NCBI GenBank assembly: GCA_021787555.1
Contig: JAJYLS010000001.1
Coordinates: 27,967 to 91,966 of the forward strand
Direction: 5' to 3'
DNA length: 64,000 nucleotides
DNA from: Acidobacteriota bacterium
Lineage (GTDB): Bacteria > Acidobacteriota > Terriglobia > Bryobacterales > Bryobacteraceae
The stretch's first letter is position 1, and each line of letters opens with the position of its first letter. The notes under the pieces are model-generated. The model did not search any database and had not been told where the DNA came from. It was given only the letters and a program-made list of their open reading frames with translations. This document shows positions 58,688-64,000 of this stretch, piece by piece. Made by a program: the position numbers and the translations under genes.

Positions 58688-59083
58688 GCTAAGGCTAGGC
58701 TCCTTTCGGGCTATATAGCGCTGGCGGAAGTTCATCGGAGCCGGGCGGTGCCGGTCGTTCTACTGATGCTCACATAATACCGTGACAAGGCTCTTTGGGC
58801 CCCCCAGACCGCTCCGTTACACTCGCGGCTCCGAATCGGGTTGCCAGCGACACAGGCCAAGCTTAGTAAGAGCGGCCCGCAGTGGCCCATGGAACCCAAT
58901 CCGGCATCAATCCAGTATGACGTTCAATCCCGCTCCGTCGGGGATTACTTCTCTGAGGCGGGCGGCATCGAGCGGAAGCGGCTTTCCGCTGCTCACCTTT
59001 CGCGCTGAGTATCCGCATTCGACGAGCAGGCCGATCAGATCGTCGAAGGAGTAGCCCTCCTCGCTCCGTGTGGCCATTCCGTT

Positions 59084-60556
59084 TCAGCATGGGTTGCATC
59101 GGCGTAAGAAAGCGGAGGTAATGGCGGTCCCCGCCAAGACTGTATAGTAGCCGTCGAGAACAAAACGATAGCGGTTGTTTTCAAACGTCGAAAGAGAATT
59201 CGAGACGGCGGTGGCAAAAAGGATGGTGAACAGCATGAAGGCCAGCACGGCACGTTCCTCCCGCTTCCATCGAATCCTGAAGCGCGAGAGGGCCAGTTGT
59301 GCAAGCGCCCAAAGCACCAGGGCCGGCAGGACGACAATCAGAAATGTTCCGGTATAAAGCGGCAAGGCGAGCGCGCCCCCTGAGGCCCTGAGCGTCCGGA
59401 GGTCCTTTCGGCTACTCGCCTGGCGGAACTGGCCGAAGAACACGACGTTGTAAAAGCGCTCGAAAGTGTGGATGCGAAGGCGGGCATCGTCAAACGAGTG
59501 CATATCGCTGGTGGGCAGGAAATATGCAAACCACGCGATCAGAACCGAGCGGGCATAAGCGATGGGATAGTGCCGCCAGATGGCTTCCGAATTCTTCAGG
59601 TACAGGTCGTGCAACTTGAGATAAGCGAGATTGTTGAAATTGGGATGCCCGGTCGACGTTTCGGCCTGATCCAGAACGGGGATGCCGGTCCTCGGCGGGA
59701 TCTCTACATAAGCGGAATATGAGTCTAAGCCACTAAATGGAGGAATCTTGGCAAGGGGGGTTACAACCCCGGCGCGAATCAGGCGGTCCGCCTCGTCCGG
59801 TGTGAGCTGAAACGTGGTCGTAACCCCCGTGGCCATACCGGCCCAGGTGCTGGCTGTAAAGGCGTGAAACAGGACCCAATTCTTGATATAGAGGGCCAGG
59901 ATGAGCGCGATCACCGGAAGCGATCCGATCCAAACCGCCCGCCGGGCACGAGGATAGGCGGCAATCATCGCGCCTGCGAGGACGAGGACGTAGATCAGAT
60001 GGAACTGGTTGCGAATCATGACCAGCGCCAGGATCACGGCGAAGAATTCAACGGAGCGGCGGGCGCAGGGCGCCTGGCAAAAACGGAACAGGGCGATGGC
60101 CGCGACCAGCAACAACAAAAGGATGGGGTACTCATAGATGGCGAGGTTCTCATAGAGGACGCAGCCGGGGTTGACGATGAAGAGGATGGCCAGCGCGGCG
60201 GAGAGCCCCTCGGGAACATGGAAAAGCCGCATCAAGTGCAAAAGCGAGTAGGCGATGAGCACACCCATCAGCAAGTAAATCGCCTGGAGCACCACCGTAT
60301 AGGACGAGGGGAAAAGCTTCACGACGATCCCGACCGCCAGGTTGAACCCAGGCGGCTGCATGTGAAGGTAGTAAAGACTCTCGAGGAGGCGGTGTTGCAT
60401 GAGGACCGGATCGATGTACTGCCAGTAACCGCGAACGGGAGAGGAATCGAAGCGGACTCCGGCGAAGTAGTAAGCCACTCGCGAAAGGACAAACGCCGCG
60501 AACAACCAGAGATCCGCGGCCCCGGGAAAGTGCTTCATATCCGCCCCGCGGCTCAT
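59084..60556 (-). CDS. Polytopic membrane protein, probable GT-C glycosyltransferase
   Basis: H.QPP, YEN...YE and C-terminal ENNRYRF motifs with many TM helices. Confidence 0.6.
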   Translation of the reverse strand: MSRGADMKHFPGAADLWLFAAFVLSRVAYYFAGVRFDSSPVRGYWQYIDPVLMQHRLLESLYYLHMQPPGFNLAVGIVVKLFPSSYTVVLQAIYLLMGVLIAYSLLHLMRLFHVPEGLSAALAILFIVNPGCVLYENLAIYEYPILLLLLVAAIALFRFCQAPCARRSVEFFAVILALVMIRNQFHLIYVLVLAGAMIAAYPRARRAVWIGSLPVIALILALYIKNWVLFHAFTASTWAGMATGVTTTFQLTPDEADRLIRAGVVTPLAKIPPFSGLDSYSAYVEIPPRTGIPVLDQAETSTGHPNFNNLAYLKLHDLYLKNSEAIWRHYPIAYARSVLIAWFAYFLPTSDMHSFDDARLRIHTFERFYNVVFFGQFRQASSRKDLRTLRASGGALALPLYTGTFLIVVLPALVLWALAQLALSRFRIRWKREERAVLAFMLFTILFATAVSNSLSTFENNRYRFVLDGYYTVLAGTAITSAFLRRCNPC

Positions 60557-62093
60557 GAGCTCTTCGCCAGGAACATGATCTGGTACCCGAAGAGGCCCGG
60601 CATCAGCCTCGTGAACGCGGCGAGCAACCGGTTAATCAACTTCATTGGGAGGCTCTCCGGGGAAAACCCCAGCACCAATTCCACCGGCACCACGGTGCAG
60701 CGTTCCTGAAGAATGCGATAGCCATTCTCCTCCAAAAGCCGGCGGGCGGTCTTGCGCGTGAAGAAGCGCAGGTGCGTTCGGTCCAGGATTCCACGCTCCT
60801 GATAAGCGAACCGGCCGAACAGCAGCATGCACCGCACCGTGACATTCGCGATATTGGGGAGGGAAACGATCAACCGGCCATCGCTTTGAAGCAGCGTGTG
60901 GCATTCGGCGAGGATCCGCTCGGGAGTGCGCAGGTGCTCGAGGATATCGAGGAGCAACACGCGATCAAACCGCGCTCCACCGAGTTCCCGAATCACATGG
61001 GAGACCCCGCTATCCAGGTCCGCGCTGAAGTATCGCTCGAAAGCTGCGCGATTCGCGGGCTCGGGCAGCAGGTCCACACCGGTCACGCGATTGCCGCTGG
61101 CCTTGAGGGTGGCGGCGAACTCCCCCTCGCCGCACGCGATGTCCAGGACCTCCTGGTTGCTGCCCACCATCGAGCAGGCGTAATCGTGGCTCGAAAAGCG
61201 GCTGCGCTTGATGGGGTAGTGGATGAAATACTCGGCAAATTCCGGGCACCGGGCAACCGAGCGGCAGGTGCGCTTATAACGCCGGATGGCGCGGAACACG
61301 TCCCGCGCGTACCGCATCCCATTGACATAGCAGATCTCAGTGCCGTAGTAAGTCGGGATAGGAACTTCGGAAATGGTGTAGCCCTGATGATGGAGCTTGA
61401 TGATGATTTCCGTATCGAAGTGGAAATCGTCGGTCATGTGGGTGAAATCGATCTTGCGGAGCGCGGCGAGACTATAAGCGCGATAGCCGCTGTGAAACTC
61501 GGTAAGGCGCATATCCAGCGCGGCGTTTTCAAAACGGACAGGATGCGATTGCCGACATACTTGTACAGCGGCATGCCGCCCTTGAGCGGTCCCCCATAGG
61601 CCTTCATCATACGGGAACCGAACACCGCGTCGGCCTCGCCATTCACGATCGGCTTGTAGAGATGCGCCAGGATTTCGGGAGCGTACTGCCCGTCGCCGTG
61701 GAGGAGGATTACTATGTCGAAGCCCTTTTGCAGAAAATAGCGATATCCGGCCTTCTGGTTGCCGCCATAACCCAGATTGCGGGGGTGCCGGAGCACCGTG
61801 AGCTTAGGAAGCTCCCGAAGAGCTTTGATTCCCATGGCCAGTTCGTAAGTTGCATCCTGGCTGGCGTCGTCAAAAACGGCAATCTCCTCGACATTGGCCC
61901 AGACATTGGGAGTGATGCGCTTCAGGACCTTCATCAGGGTCGTGACGGCGTTGTAGGTAACGACGAGAATGCCGATCCGCTTGCCGTGGCAACTCGCGGC
62001 CTGCGAGTCGTCTTGCAAGGCGCTCGCCCGGAATGCAGGTAGAGGCTCAAACGGCAGTGGGCTGGGCAAAGCGTCGCCCGTCTGGACAGCCAT
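60553..62093 (-). pseudogene. GT2 (DPM1-like) + SAM methyltransferase fusion interrupted by a 1-nt frameshift (possibly a sequencing error)
   Basis: GYGGNQK, HGDGQY and VFGSRM continue into LTEFHSGYRAY and VLDIACGEG only if one T is restored in the A4 run at 61531-61534 (giving ILSVFENAALDMRL). Confidence 0.8.
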
Positions 62094-62313
62094 GGTCTTC
62101 AATAGAATATCGGGCCTCAACTGCGAAGTCAAAGCTGACACAAGTTGATAACGGAGACCAGGAGGTGGATTGCGCCAGGCACGGCCTATCGCGGAAGAGT
62201 ACCGGTACGGTACTATGTCGGCAGCCAAAGCCAAAGCAATTCTGTGTCCGGCTGGGAGGGCCACGGCGATCTCTAGAATTGTTAAAGTTTTCACGCAAGG
62301 GTAGAATGGCCCT

Positions 62314-63150
62314 ATGCCTTCGCCCCTGCCCGCCCTGATTGCCCGACACACGCCTGCGCCGATCAAACGTTTCGTCCACCATAGTCCGTTTTTCGATCGC
62401 CTCGCCATGCGTGTTTACGGCGGAATGTTACGGCGTTCTTCGGTCACGATCCAGGATGGGCCGCTGCGCGGAATGAAGCTGTCCGCCAGCCGGCATACGT
62501 CTCACGCACATATTCGAGGCACCTACGAGCGCCCCGTCCAGGACGCGATCGAGAAAATGGTCCGGCCAGGCGACATTTGCTACGATTTGGGCGCGAGTAT
62601 CGGGTACATGACGCTGGTAATGGCGCGCAAAGCCCGGCACGTGTACGCCTTCGAGCCTGCTCCCCATGCCGTGGCCGAGCTCGCGCGCCAAATACAGGCC
62701 AACAACTTAAGCAATGTCAGCGTCATCGCCTCTCCCGTCAGCAACGATGTCCGGCAGGTGCCCTTCTGCCTGACCGATGCAGCTTACGGTTCCGCCATTA
62801 ACTACAACGAATCCCGCTGGCCTATCCTTCCTCTCGAGACCATTACCCTCGATGATTTTGCCGCTCGACACCCCGTGCCGGACTTCATAAAGATCGATGT
62901 CGAAGGAGAAGAACACATGGTCCTGGAAGGCGCGCGTGGCATTTTATCCCAGCGGAAGCCATCCATATGCTGCGAAATCCATAGTTCTGAAGCCGCCCGC
63001 GAAGTCCTTGCGATTCTCCGCGCTATCGGCTATAACGTAACGCTACTGAACGGAGCGCCTTTTGAACACCCCTCCGAGGTGATCCCCGGCGAGTTCCACA
63101 TCATAGCCTCTGCTCCCGCCCTGTCCCGGGCTGCCGCTTCGGGTCGATAG
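62314..63150 (+). CDS. FkbM family methyltransferase
   Basis: YDLGASIG, YAFEP and IKIDVEGEE motifs. Confidence 0.9.
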   Translation: MPSPLPALIARHTPAPIKRFVHHSPFFDRLAMRVYGGMLRRSSVTIQDGPLRGMKLSASRHTSHAHIRGTYERPVQDAIEKMVRPGDICYDLGASIGYMTLVMARKARHVYAFEPAPHAVAELARQIQANNLSNVSVIASPVSNDVRQVPFCLTDAAYGSAINYNESRWPILPLETITLDDFAARHPVPDFIKIDVEGEEHMVLEGARGILSQRKPSICCEIHSSEAAREVLAILRAIGYNVTLLNGAPFEHPSEVIPGEFHIIASAPALSRAAASGR

Positions 63151-63322
63151 TTCCTTACGGCGCCGCCGCGCCGCCGCCAGCATCGGGGGCGCGGGACACG
63201 TAACATGCTATACTGAGCACTCGCCGAATGGGCAGGCCGGGCGCGAGCGGTGCTCGGCCGCGCCGCGCTGAAAGAAGTTCCAGCTAACTCTAAGGCGCCG
63301 CTTTCCTTCCGGAGCAGCAAAA

Positions 63323-64000
63323 GTGAGCGTGTGGGCGCAACTGCAAATTCAGACCGTAAAAGCTTTCTACACCGCAGTGACCGGCTCGGGTATGTTACGC
63401 ATCCGCTCCGGGAGAAGGGCTTATTCCGCGCTGTATTTCTGCTACAAGCGATACCTGGAAGATCCGTTTTATAAGCTTGCGCAATGCCATCCGGAGTTGT
63501 TCCGCGGCGGGCATATCGTGGATGTGGGAGCCAATATCGGCTACACCGCCGCGGTATTCGCGAACGCGATCACGCCGGGATTCAAAGTGTTTGCCTTCGA
63601 GCCCGAGGATCTGAACTTCCGCATGCTCGGCGAGTTGGTGGCGCAGCGCGGAATCGCGGACATCGTGGTTCCGGTGCAAGCCGCGGTTGGCGCGGAGGAG
63701 GGCAGCGCCATGCTCAAGGTCAATCCGCGGCATCCCGGCGACCATTCCGTGATCACCGAAAAATCACGCGAGCCGGATGCTCCAAAAAGGAAGGTCGTGC
63801 TGGTCAAGGTGGACAACTTCCTGCGGGACCGTGGCGCATCCACTCCTGTTGCGTTGATCAAGATCGACGTGCAGGGTTACGAAATGGCCGTTTGCCAGGG
63901 CATGGTGGCGACCCTGGAGGCCAATCCCGCGGCGGTGGTGTGCCTCGAATATTCGCCCGATTCCATGCGGACCCTGGGTTTCGAGCCCACCGCGCTGCTG
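63323..64000 (+). CDS. FkbM family methyltransferase (runs off the right edge)
   Basis: Manual translation gives VDVGANIGY, FAFEPE and IKIDVQGYE. Start is GTG 63323 or ATG 63392. Confidence 0.88.
   Translation, partial: MSVWAQLQIQTVKAFYTAVTGSGMLRIRSGRRAYSALYFCYKRYLEDPFYKLAQCHPELFRGGHIVDVGANIGYTAAVFANAITPGFKVFAFEPEDLNFRMLGELVAQRGIADIVVPVQAAVGAEEGSAMLKVNPRHPGDHSVITEKSREPDAPKRKVVLVKVDNFLRDRGASTPVALIKIDVQGYEMAVCQGMVATLEANPAAVVCLEYSPDSMRTLGFEPTALL

Noticed and set aside
298..61599. Numerous long antisense/overlapping ORFs (e.g. 41848-43791, 50054-52027, 46473-48257, 22309-23853, 33890-35485)
   Set aside because: These are Arg/Pro/Gly-rich shadow frames of well-supported genes, as expected in high-GC DNA.

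Overview
GC-rich bacterial DNA. Gene content and style suggest Acidobacteriota (Bryobacteraceae/Solibacter-like), which is an inference. Most of the window is a large, mosaic surface-polysaccharide/glycosylation locus: GT2/GT4 and GT-C-like glycosyltransferases, a priming sugar transferase, WecB, a UDP-sugar dehydrogenase, two Wzy/O-antigen-ligase-like proteins, AsnB, deacetylases, GNAT-like proteins, FkbH/ACP/VOC and several methyltransferases. A decaying amino-sugar block lies at 30.8-35.4 kb. Unexplained elements are embedded in the locus. (1) A compact replicon-like module at 14.4-18.4 kb: HTH, ParA, a Rep-like gene carrying a 15-bp-periodic palindromic TGCA array, a second HTH, a dif-like 11-6-11 site and a tyrosine recombinase, with no ParB. 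(2) Two tandem signal-peptide/YADPGTG/TM micro-proteins in front of a NoeA-like kinase-methyltransferase. (3) Two large secreted proteins, one apparently built from phage tail/cement-like modules. (4) REP-like hairpins, two of them translated inside asnB. (5) An RBS-sequestering leader hairpin. (6) Block-wise alternating GC skew and many apparently leaderless genes. No rRNA, tRNA or CRISPR array was recognised. All family calls come from motif recognition by eye, not from database searches.
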